Source of the DNA: Ranitomeya imitator
Taxonomy: Eukaryota
Assembly: GCF_032444005.1 (NCBI RefSeq)
Contig: NC_091287.1
Coordinates: forward strand, 504,494,001 to 504,558,000
Direction of reading: 5' to 3'
DNA length: 64,000 nucleotides
Shown: piece after piece, positions 38,847 to 48,898 of the stretch
How positions within the stretch are numbered: the first letter of the stretch is position 1
Layout of the letters: every line of letters starts with the position of its first letter
Program-made: the position numbers and the translations under genes
Notes under the pieces: generated by a model
What the model was told of the DNA's origin: nothing
Databases searched by the model: none
Seen by the model: only the letters and a program-made list of their open reading frames with translations

Positions 38847-39486
38847 NNNNNNNNNNNNNNNNNNNNNNNNNNNNNNNNNNNNNNNNNNNNNNNNNNNNNN
38901 NNNNNNNNNNNNNNNNNNNNNNNNNNNNNNNNNNNNNNNNNNNNNNNNNNNNNNNNNNNNNNNNNNNNNNNNNNNNNNNNNNNNNNNNNNNNNNNNNNNN
39001 NNNNNNNNNNNNNNNNNNNNNNNNNNNNNNNNNNNNNNNNNNNNNNNNNNNNNNNNNNNNNNNNNNNNNNNNNNNNNNNNNNNNNNNNNNNNNNNNNNNN
39101 NNNNNNNNNNNNNNNNNNNNNNNNNNNNNNNNNNNNNNNNNNNNNNNNNNNNNNNNNNNNNNNNNNNNNNNNNNNNNNNNNNNNNNNNNNNNNNNNNNNN
39201 NNNNNNNNNNNNNNNNNNNNNNNNNNNNNNNNNNNNNNNNNNNNNNNNNNNNNNNNNNNNNNNNNNNNNNNNNNNNNNNNNNNNNNNNNNNNNNNNNNNN
39301 NNNNNNNNNNNNNNNNNNNNNNNNNNNNNNNNNNNNNNNNNNNNNNNNNNNNNNNNNNNNNNNNNNNNNNNNNNNNNNNNNNNNNNNNNNNNNNNNNNNN
39401 NNNNNNNNNNNNNNNNNNNNNNNNNNNNNNNNNNNNNNNNNNNNNNNNNNNNNNNNNNNNNNNNNNNNNNNNNNNNNNNNNNNNNN
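38847..39486. other. Assembly gap
   Basis: Run of N. Confidence 1.
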
Positions 39487-39750
39487 TTTGTACATGGAAA
39501 CACAAGAAGCGACGGAATGAAACTGGAAGGGAGAAGATATAGATTAGATATTAGGAAAAGCTTTTTGACAGTGAGGGCGATCAATGAGTGGAACAGGCTG
39601 CCACAAGAGGTGGTGAGTTCTCCTTCAATGGACGTCTTCAAACAGAGGCTGGAGAGACATCTGTCTGAGATGGTGTAGTGAATCCTGCACCGAGCAGGGG
39701 GTTGGACACGATGACCCTGGAGGTCCCTTCCAACTCTACCATTCTATGAT
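39487..39750 (+). mobile_element. CR1 LINE 3' end (family different from 44104)
   Basis: ORF2 C-terminus (aggaaaagctttttgacagtgagggcgatc...tggaacaggctgcc) and classic 3' UTR ggttggac...gtcccttccaactc...ATTCTATGAT. Confidence 0.92.
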
Positions 39751-39788
39751 GGATAGATAAATAGAAGGTAGGATAGATAGTTTGATAC

Positions 39789-39839
<51 letters not shown>

Positions 39840-40375
39840 TGAGATGGATGAATGGATAGAACGTTAGATAGATGGAGTTGGACATGGGTTGTATGGTGAG
39901 TGAAAGGGATAGAAAATAGACAAGAACAATAAATGTGAGATGAAAAGACTGGAGAAAGATAGATAAAGAGATACATAAATACTCAAAGGATGGATAGATG
40001 GATGGATGATAGATTTGAGACCGATGTTAAAGAGAAGGGATAGAAAATAGATATGAAAAAAGATTATAAAATAGATTCAAGAATATTTTGATATAAGACA
40101 GAAAGACTGGAGATAGAGACATGGATAATGTATAGATGGGTATGAGACAGATTTAATAGATAGATAGATAATGGATAGATGATAGATCAATAGATAGATA
40201 ATTTATAGATAGATAATAAATAGAAAGATAGATAGTAGATAAATAGATGATAGATAGATGGATGATAGATAGATAGATAATAGGTAGATAATAGATAGAT
40301 AATAGAGATAGATAATAAATAGATAATAGATAGATGATGGATAATAGATAGATAGATAGAGAGATGATGGATGAT
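39751..40375. repeat. (GATA)n / (GGAT)n purine-rich microsatellite
   Basis: Direct inspection. Confidence 0.93.
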
Positions 40376-40379
40376 GGCT

Positions 40380-41253
40380 TTTCCCATATATTTCCATGCC
40401 CGGTCCTGTAGTTTGGGAGCCCCCGTCCTGGGGCAGGTAACCCCTCTGCGCCTCTTCCGTGCTGCCCCCTCTCTGGGCTGAGTGCCGGCGACCATTGGCT
40501 GCAGCCCTGTGAATGGGAGGCGGTGGTGGGAGGTGCTGCAGCAGCTGCGCGTCCTCCCCGCTCTCAGACTGGAGTAACCGGAGAGATGCCGCGTCCTCCG
40601 ATGTTTTCTGACTTGTGAGCTGTTATTCCCGGCAGCCAGATGTGGCGGATCCCCTGACGCCGGCATCTCTGCACCGCGCGGCTGTCACCGGCTGACAGGA
40701 ATATGAGCGGAGGACGCGCCGGCGACCGGCTTCTTCACGTTTCTGCCACCCGGCTTCTTCCCGTTTCTGCCGCCCGGCTTCTTCACGCTTGTGCCACCCG
40801 GCTTCTTCCCGTTTCTGCCACCCGGCTTCTTCCCGTTTCTGACGCCCGGCTTCTTCCCGTTTCTGCCACCCGGCTTCTTCCCGTTTCTGACGCCCGGCTT
40901 CTTCCCGTTTCTGACGCCCGGCTTCTTCACGCTTGTGCCGCCCGGCTTCTTCACGCTTGTGCCGCCCGGCTTCTTCACGCTTGTGCCGCCCGGCTTCACG
41001 TTTCTGCCGCCCGGCTTCTTCACGTTTCTGCCGCCCGGCTTCTTCACGCTTGTGCCGCGGAAGCCGGTCCTTCTCTGCGCTGCTGCCGGTCCGGGCACCG
41101 CGGCGAGGACGCGCAGTCTTCTCAGTCCTAATGCCGGCCCGGTGGTCGCTCCTGTGTCCGGGGGAGCCGGCGGAGCCCGCCCGGCATGTCCGCTGTGGGA
41201 GCCGTGTGTAGCAGCAGCCACTGTGTAGCCGGGCGGCGACTCTACAGAGGAAC
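40380..41253 (+). promoter_or_regulatory. rims2: CpG-island promoter and 5' UTR of the putative RIM2-beta transcript
   Basis: Sharp rise in GC and CpG; inverted CCAAT box ccATTGGct at 40494-40498; GC-box-like gggaggcggtgg at ~40515; leads to ATG 41254. TSS not determinable. Confidence 0.7.
40726..41058 (+). repeat. 24-bp VNTR (CCCGGCTTCTTCCCGTTTCTGCCA-like), ~14 copies
   Basis: Direct inspection; lies between the promoter motifs and the start codon. Confidence 0.96.
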
Positions 41254-41396
41254 ATGCAGTTCGACACTCTCCGCCAGTTCTGCAACACCGTCCTGTCTCA
41301 TTTTCACGAGGCTTTCCCCACTCCCCCCAACATCCTCCAGACTCCCCCCAACATCCTCCAGAACGACCTGTTCGGCCAGACCCTGAACAACTCCAG
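41254..41396 (+). CDS. rims2: First coding exon of RIM2-beta (regulating synaptic membrane exocytosis 2, beta isoform)
   Basis: 47 codons + AG, then donor CAG|GTATGT (phase 2); in-frame upstream stop at 41209; A at -3. Without the 7-aa duplication the peptide matches 32/41 residues of the human RIM2-beta N-terminus as I recall it (MQFETLRQVCNSVLSHFHGVFSSPPNILQNELFGQTLNNAR). The identification is from memory and needs BLAST. Confidence 0.8.
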
Positions 41397-42024
41397 GTAT
41401 GTAAGGCGGGCAATGTCGCCCCCCATCTATGTGTGCATTGTGCCCCCTACACATTCCTATAGCGCCAACATATGCCACCGCGTCGTACAAGCACTGCAGA
41501 CACTTATAGATTCCTTTTTTTAACCTTTCAATATATTTTTTTTATTATTGAGGTGGGGGAGGGGATTAGTACATAAAAGACCCCCGCCCCCCCCCCCCCC
41601 CCCCCCAAAAAAAAAAAAAAAAAAAATACAGGGAGACTATAGAAACTATAAGGTATGGAGAGATAAAAATCCGAAATAACGTGGCTCTGCTGCATCCCAC
41701 TTGTGCCCACCGATAGAAATCACATCCAATGGGGGCGACGAGAGGATAAACAAGGGGGGACGTAGCTATTGACCCCACAAGATTGATTGATCAGGTGGGA
41801 TTTGGTGCATTCCATAATGTGTTCACACCATATACTTTTATTGCGCGGAAGTGATTGATGGTTGCCCCTCCGTCGCCCCCTCGCACGCCTTGCTCCTAAG
41901 CGATCCCCCATTAATAAGCAGCGGTCAGGGATTACTTGCAGCTGTGGAGATGCTGCTTCTTGTGCGAAGAAATGCTGGATAGCTCCTACTATGTGCAAGA
42001 CGCAGCAATATCCTCCACGGCTAA

Positions 42025-44103
42025 TCATCCCCTATAGAGGCTGCCATTATCAATCACCCCCTATAGAGGCTGCCATTACTGATCATCCCCCATAGAATCT
42101 GCCATTACCGATCATCCCCTATAGAGGCTGCCATTACTGATCATCCCCTATAGAGACTGCCATTAGCGATCACCCCCTATAGAAGCTGCCATTACCGATC
42201 ACCCCCTATAGAGGCTGCCATTACCGATAATCCCCTATAGAGGCTGCCATTACCGATCACCCCCTATAGAAGCTGTCATTACTGATCATCCCCCATAGAA
42301 TCTGCCATTACCAATCATCCCCTATAGAAGCTGCCACTACCAATCATCCCCTATAGAAGCTGCCATTACCGATCACCCCCTATAGAGGCTGCCATTACCG
42401 ATAATCCCCTATAGAGGCTGCCATTACCGATCACCCCTATAGAAGCTGTCATTACTGATCATCCCCCATAGAATCTGCCATTACCGATCACCCCCTATAG
42501 AGGCTGCCATTACCGATAATCCCCTATAGAGGCTGCCATTACCGATCACCCCCTATAGAAGCTGTCATTACTGATCATCCCCCATAGAATCTGCCATTAC
42601 CAATCATCCCCTATAGAAGCTGCCACTACCAATCATCCCCTATAGAAGCTGCCATTACCGATCACCCCCTATAGAGGCTGCCATTACCGATAATCCCCTA
42701 TAGAGGCTGCCATTACCGATCACCCCCTATAGAAGCTGTCATTACTGATCATCCCCCATAGAATCTGCCATTACCAATCATCCCCTATAGAAGCTGCCAC
42801 TACCAATCATCCCCTATAGAAGCTGCCATTACCGATCACCCCCTATAGAGGCAGCCATTACTGATGATTCCCTATAGAGGCTGCCATTACTGATCATCCC
42901 CTATAGAGGCTGCCATTACCGATCACCCCCTATAGAAGCTGCCATTACCGATCATCCCCTATATAGGCTGCCATTACCGATCATCCTCTATAGAGGATGC
43001 CATTACCGATCATCCTCTATAGAGGCTGCCATTACTGATCATCCCCTATAGAAGCTGCCATTATTGATCATCCCCTATAGAGGCTGCCATTGCCGATCAT
43101 CCTCTATAGAGGCTGCCATTACCGACCATCCCCTATAGAGACTGCCATTACTGTTCATCCCCTATAGAAGCTGCCATTATTGATCATCCCCTATAGAGGC
43201 TGCCATTACTGATCGTCCCCTATAGAAGCTGCCATTATTGATCATCCCCTATAGAGGCTGTCATTACTGATCATCCCCTATAGAAGCTGCCATTATTGTT
43301 CATCCCCTATAGAGGCTGCCATTACTGATCGTCCCCTATAGAGGCTGCCATTGCCGATCGTCCCCTATAGAGGCTGCCATTGCCGATCATCCCCTATAGA
43401 GGCTGCCATTACTGTTCATCCCCTGTAGAGGCTGCCATTACCGATCGTCCCCTATAGAGGCTGCCATTGCCGATCATCCCCTATAGAGGCTGCCATTACT
43501 GTTCATCCCCTGTAGAGGCTGCCATTACCGATCACCCCCTATAGAGGCTGCCATTACCGATCGTCCCCTATAGAGGCTGCCATTACCGATCACCCCCTAT
43601 AGAAGCTGTCATTACTGATCATCCCCCATAGAATCTGCCATTACCAATCATCCCCTATAGAAGCTGCCACTACCAATCATCCCCTATAGAAGCTGCCATT
43701 ACCGATCACCCCCTATAGAGGCAGCCAGTACTGATGATTCCCTATAGAGGCTGCCATTACTGATCATCCCCTATAGAGGCTGCCGTTACCGATCACCCCC
43801 TATAGAAGCTGCCATTACCGATAATCCCCTATAGAGGCTGCCATTACCGATCATCCTCTATAGAGGATGCCATTACCGATCATCCTCTATAGAGGCTGCC
43901 ATTACCGATCACCCCCTATAGAAGCTGCCATTACTGATCATCCCCCATAGAATCTGCCATTACCGATCATCCTCTATAGAGGATGCCATTACCAATCATC
44001 CCCTATAGAAGCTGCCACTACCAATCATCCCCTATAGAAGCTGCCATTACCGATAATCCCCTATAGAGGCTGCCATTACCAATCATCCCCTATAGAAGCT
44101 GCC
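42025..44103. repeat. 29-bp minisatellite (ATCATCCCCTATAGAGGCTGCCATTACCG)n, left part
   Basis: Tandem units with 29-bp period and recurring variant blocks. Confidence 0.98.
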
Positions 44104-46260
44104 AATATTGTACAGTTTCACCTGTCTTTCACTAGGGGGACTTGTCAGGGAGTCACAAAAACACTGAACTTTAGGAAGGCAAAGTTTGACCAGCTTAGAG
44201 ATGCCCTTAATCTGGTAGACTGGGACAATATCCTCAGAAATGAGAATACAGATAATAAATGGGAAATGTTTAAGAACATCCTAAATAGGCAGTGTAAGCG
44301 GTTTATACCTTGTGGGAATAAAAGGACTAGAAATAGGAAAAACCCAATGTGGCTAAACAAAGAAGTAAGACAGGCAATTAACAGTAAAAAGAAAGCATTT
44401 GCACTACTAAAGCAGGATGGCACCATTGAAGCTCTAAAAAACTATAGGGAGAAAAATACTTTATCTAAAAAACTAATTAAAGCTGCCAAAAAGGAAACAG
44501 AGAAGCACATTGCTAAGGAGAGTAAAACTGATCCCAAACTGTTCTTCAACTATATCAATAGTAAAAGAATAAAAACTGAAAATGTAGGCCCCTTAAAAAA
44601 TAGTGAGGAAAGAATGGTTGTAGATGACGAGGAAAAAGCTAACATATTAAACACCGTCTTCTCCACGGTTTTCACGGAAAATGAAATGCTAGGTGAAATC
44701 CCAAGAAACAATGAAAACCCTATATTAAGGGTCACCAATCTAACCCAAGAAGAGGTGCGAAACCGGCTAAATAAGATTAAAATAGATAAATCTCCGGGTC
44801 CGGATGGCATACACCCACGAGTACTAAGAGAACTAAGTAATATAATAGATAAACCATTATTTCTTATTTTTAGTGACTCTATAGCGACAGGGTCTGTTCC
44901 GCAGGACTGGCGCATAGCAAATGTGGTGCCAATATTCAAAAAGGGCTCTAAAAGTGAACCTGGAAATTATAGGCCAGTAAGTCTAACCTCTATTGTTGGT
45001 AAAATATTTGAAGGGTTTCTGAGGGATGTTATTCTGGATTATCTCAATGAGAATAACTGTTTAACTCCATATCAGCATGGGTTTATGAGAAATCGCTCCT
45101 GTCAAACCAATCTAATCAGTTTTTATGAAGAGGTAAGCTATAGGCTGGACCACGGTGAGTCAGTGGACGTGGTATATCTCGATTTATCCAAAGCGTTTGA
45201 TACCGTGCCGCACAAGAGGTTGGTACACAAAATGAGAATGCTTGGTCTGGGGGAAAATGTGTGTAAATGGGTTAGTAACTGGCTTAGTGATAGAAAGCAG
45301 AGGGTGGTTATAAATGGTATAGTCTCTAACTGGGTCGCTGTGACCAGTGGGGTACCGCAGGGGTCAGTATTGGGACCTGTTCTCTTCAACATATTCATTA
45401 ATGATCTGGTAGAAGGTTTACACAGTAAAATATCGATATTTGCAGATGATACAAAACTATGTAAAGCAGTTAATACAAGAGAAGATAGTATTCTGCTACA
45501 GATGGATCTGGATAAGTTGGAAACTTGGGCTGAAAGGTGGCAGATGAGGTTTAACAATGATAAATGTAAGGTTATACACATGGGAAGAAGGAATCAATAT
45601 CACCATTACACACTGAACGGGAAACCACTGGGTAAATCTGACAGGGAGAAGGACTTGGGGATCCTAGTTAATGATAAACTTACCTGGAGCAGCCAGTGCC
45701 AGGCAGCAGCTGCCAAGGCAAACAGGATCATGGGGTGCATTAAAAGAGGTCTGGATACACATGATGAGAGCATTATACTGCCTCTGTACAAATCCCTAGT
45801 TAGACCGCACATGGAGTACTGTGTCCAGTTTTGGGCACCGGTGCTCAGGAAGGATATAATGGAACTAGAGAGAGTACAAAGGAGGGCAACAAAATTAATA
45901 AAGGGGATGCGAGATCTACAATACCCAGATAGATTAGCGAAATTAGGATTATTTAGTCTAGAAAAAAGACGACTGAGGGGCGATCTAATAACCATGTATA
46001 AGTATATAAGGGGACAATACAAATATCTCGCTGAGGATCTGTTTATACCAAGGAAGGTGACGGGCACAAGGGGGCATTCTTTGCGTCTGGAGGAGAGAAG
46101 GTTTTTCCACCAACGTAGAAGAGGATTCTTTACTGTTAGGGCAGTGAGTATCTGGAATTGCTTGCCTGAGGAGGTGGTGATGGCGAACTCAGTCGAGGGG
46201 TTCAAGAGAGGCCTGGATGTCTTCCTGGAGCAGAACAATATTGTATCATACAATTATTAG
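44104..46260 (+). CDS. CR1 ORF2 reverse transcriptase (N-terminally truncated, uninterrupted)
   Basis: RT motifs NYRPVSLTS, QHGF, YLDLSKAFDTVPH, SGVPQGSVLGP, IFADD; frame open upstream of the M at 44266 back to 44104. Confidence 0.93.
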   Translation, partial: NIVQFHLSFTRGTCQGVTKTLNFRKAKFDQLRDALNLVDWDNILRNENTDNKWEMFKNILNRQCKRFIPCGNKRTRNRKNPMWLNKEVRQAINSKKKAFALLKQDGTIEALKNYREKNTLSKKLIKAAKKETEKHIAKESKTDPKLFFNYINSKRIKTENVGPLKNSEERMVVDDEEKANILNTVFSTVFTENEMLGEIPRNNENPILRVTNLTQEEVRNRLNKIKIDKSPGPDGIHPRVLRELSNIIDKPLFLIFSDSIATGSVPQDWRIANVVPIFKKGSKSEPGNYRPVSLTSIVGKIFEGFLRDVILDYLNENNCLTPYQHGFMRNRSCQTNLISFYEEVSYRLDHGESVDVVYLDLSKAFDTVPHKRLVHKMRMLGLGENVCKWVSNWLSDRKQRVVINGIVSNWVAVTSGVPQGSVLGPVLFNIFINDLVEGLHSKISIFADDTKLCKAVNTREDSILLQMDLDKLETWAERWQMRFNNDKCKVIHMGRRNQYHHYTLNGKPLGKSDREKDLGILVNDKLTWSSQCQAAAAKANRIMGCIKRGLDTHDESIILPLYKSLVRPHMEYCVQFWAPVLRKDIMELERVQRRATKLIKGMRDLQYPDRLAKLGLFSLEKRRLRGDLITMYKYIRGQYKYLAEDLFIPRKVTGTRGHSLRLEERRFFHQRRRGFFTVRAVSIWNCLPEEVVMANSVEGFKRGLDVFLEQNNIVSYNY

Positions 46261-46366
46261 GTTCTGTAGAAGGACGTAGATCTGGGGATTTATTATGATG
46301 GAATATAGGCTGAACTGGATGGACAAATGTCTTTTTTCGGCCTTACTAACTATGTTACTATGTTAC
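44104..46366 (+). mobile_element. Young 5'-truncated CR1-clade LINE
   Basis: Open ORF2 from the endonuclease end (NIVQFHLSF) to the stop at 46260; 3' UTR and (TATGTTAC)n tail; splits the 29-bp array. Confidence 0.95.
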
Positions 46367-47467
46367 ATTACTGATCATCCCCATAGAAGCTGCCATTACT
46401 GATCATCCCCCATAGAATCTGCCATTACCGATCATCCTCTATAGAGGCTGCCATTACGATCATCCTCTATAGAGGCTGCCATTACCGATCATCCCCTATA
46501 GAGGTTGCCATTACCGATCATCCCCTATAGAGGCTGCCATTACCGATCATCCCCTATAGAGGCTGCCATTACCAATCATCCCCTATATAGGCTGCCATTA
46601 CCGATCATCCTCTATAGAGGCTGCCACTACCGATCATCCTCTATAGAGGATGCCATTACCGATCACCCCCTATAGAAGCTGCCATTACTGATCATCCCCC
46701 ATAGAATCTGCCATTACCAATCATCCCCTATAGAAGCTGCCATTACCGATCACCCCCTATAGAGGCAGCCATTACTGATGATTCCCTATAGAGGCTGCCA
46801 TTACCGATCATCCTCTATAGAGGATGCCATTACCGATCATCCTCTATAGAGGCTGCCATTACTGATCATCCCCTATAGAAGCTGCCATTATTGATCATCC
46901 CCTATAGAGGCTGCCATTGCCGATCATCCTCTATAGAGGCTGCCATTACCGACCATCCCCTATAGAGACTGCCATTACTGTTCATCCCCTATAGAAGCTG
47001 CCATTATTGATCATCCCCTATAGAGGCTGCCATTACTGATCGTCCCCTATAGAAGCTGCCATTATTGATCATCCCCTATAGAGGCTGTCATTACTGATCA
47101 TCCCCTATAGAAGCTGCCATTATTGATCATCCCCTATAGAGGCTGCCATTACTGATCGTCCCCTATAGAGGCTGCCATTGCCGATCGTCCCCTATAGAGG
47201 CTGCCATTGCCGATCATCCCCTATAGAGGCTGCCATTACTGTTCATCCCCTGTAGAGGCTGCCATTACCGATCGTCCCCTTATAGAGGCTGCCATTGCCG
47301 ATCATCCCCTATAGAGGCTGCCATTACTGTTCATCCCCTGTAGAGGCTGCCATTACCGATCGTCCCCTATAGAGGCTGCCATTGCTGATCATCCCCTATA
47401 GAGGCCGCCATTGCCGATCATCCCCTATAGAGGCCGCCATTACTGATCGTCCCCTGTAGAGGCTGCC
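46367..47467. repeat. 29-bp minisatellite, right part
   Basis: Same unit resumes in register (gctgcc | attactg) after the CR1 tail. Confidence 0.98.
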
Positions 47468-47783
47468 CCCCGACCTCCGGAGCCCCTGGTGTGGATATCT
47501 GCATAGTACATGACGGAGCCACGTATAACGTCTTAAATATTGCAGATCATAGTGAGGCAAATATAACAGCGATCCGCACCACCAAAGTAAAACTCACTGT
47601 GAACGGTCCGGTAGATGAACCTATGCTGGTCTGCTAGATATCGGGTGCTGTAGCCGAGAAAGCCTTCGAACGTGCATATGAGCAAAAAGAGATGCAGCAG
47701 CACTCACCAATCTTCTGTGCAGGTTACTTTATTAATACATCAACTTCACGGCACGGGGGTGTGTGTCCAAGGTAATGTGAGGG

Positions 47784-47830
47784 CTGAACGACGGCCGTTT
47801 CGCACCTGTCCGGCGCTTCAACGGGTTCAA
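47784..47830 (-). ncRNA. Minimal type I hammerhead ribozyme motif (variant core), left arm
   Basis: Exact reverse complement of the 48852-48898 motif. Confidence 0.75.
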
Positions 47831-48851
47831 TGTGTGGACGGACGTGACGCCTTAAGAGGAGTGCTCGAACCCCGCACCCTCCTCCGGCTACACTCCGCCC
47901 ACTCACAGTACAAACTATTAAAATCACAATAAAACATACAATTAAAAATAAATGATAGTACGACAAAGTACACATTAGCAAACAATTGTTTGTATGTCGG
48001 CCACTAACAAATAGCGAAGAATATTCCATATCTTTGTGCCTTCTATCTGCATGAGCCGACGTTAAGAAGTAACAGACAATCAACTGAAAATCCCTGTATC
48101 GCAGAGAGAATATTTATGTGGAATATATGTGTCTGATTGGTTACAATCTCTCTATCCACCTATAGTGCCAAGGGGCACAAGGGGCATCACCTGTCTACGT
48201 CTGTGTGTCAGTGCCAAATAGGACGTAGGTACTCAGATGTATGAACCCAACTTATTATGCATTACATATACAACTATGAAGGGCCAAATTGTTTCTTGAT
48301 GGGACTCCATAAATCTCATAAAAAAATAGATCTAACGAAAAAGTAGACATGTCTATTTTTTTATGAGATTTATGGAGTCCCGTCAAGAAACAATTTGGCC
48401 CTTCATAGTTGTATATGTAATGCATAATAAGTTGGGTTCATACATCTGAGTACCTAAGTCCTATTTGGCACTGACACACAGACGTAGACAGGTGATGCCC
48501 CTTGTGCCCCTTGGCACTATAGGTGGATAGAGAGATTGTAACCAATCAGACACATATATTCCACCTAAATATTCTCTCTGCGATACAGGGATTTTCAGTT
48601 GATTGTCTGTTACTTCTTAACGTCGGCTCATGCAGATAGAAGGCACAAAGATATGGAATATTCTTCGCTATTTGTTAGTGGCCGACATACAAACAATTGT
48701 TTGCTAATGTGTACTTTGTCGTACTATCATTTGTTTTTAATTGTATGTTTCATTGTGATTTTAATAGTTTGTACTGTGAGTGGGCGGAGTGTAGCCGGAG
48801 GAGGGTGCGGGGTTCGAGCACTCCTCTTAAGGTGTCACGTCCGTCCACACA

Positions 48852-48898
48852 TTGAACCCGTTGAAGCGCCGGACAGGTGCGAAACGGCCGTCGTTCAG
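48852..48898 (+). ncRNA. Minimal type I hammerhead ribozyme motif (variant core), right arm
   Basis: UUGAAC-CCGUUGA-A-GCGCC-GGACA-GGUGC-GAAAC-GGCC-GUC^GUUCAG: stem I, 5-bp stem II, GAAA, palindromic stem III ACGGCCGU, GUC site (cleavage after 48892). Confidence 0.75.

Noticed and set aside
36618-39641. ORFs containing long X runs
   Set aside because: Artefacts of N gaps.
41090-41112. RE1-like gggcaccgcggcgagg near the start codon
   Set aside because: Only GCACCGCGG matches; both half-sites are poor.
40623-41413. Minus-strand 221- and 242-aa ORFs
   Set aside because: GC-rich antisense of the leader plus the 24-bp VNTR; no recognisable protein.
41397-41523. Continuation of the MQFDTL ORF to 89 aa
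   Set aside because: Similarity to RIM2-beta ends at a consensus donor at 41396/41397; the rest is intron.
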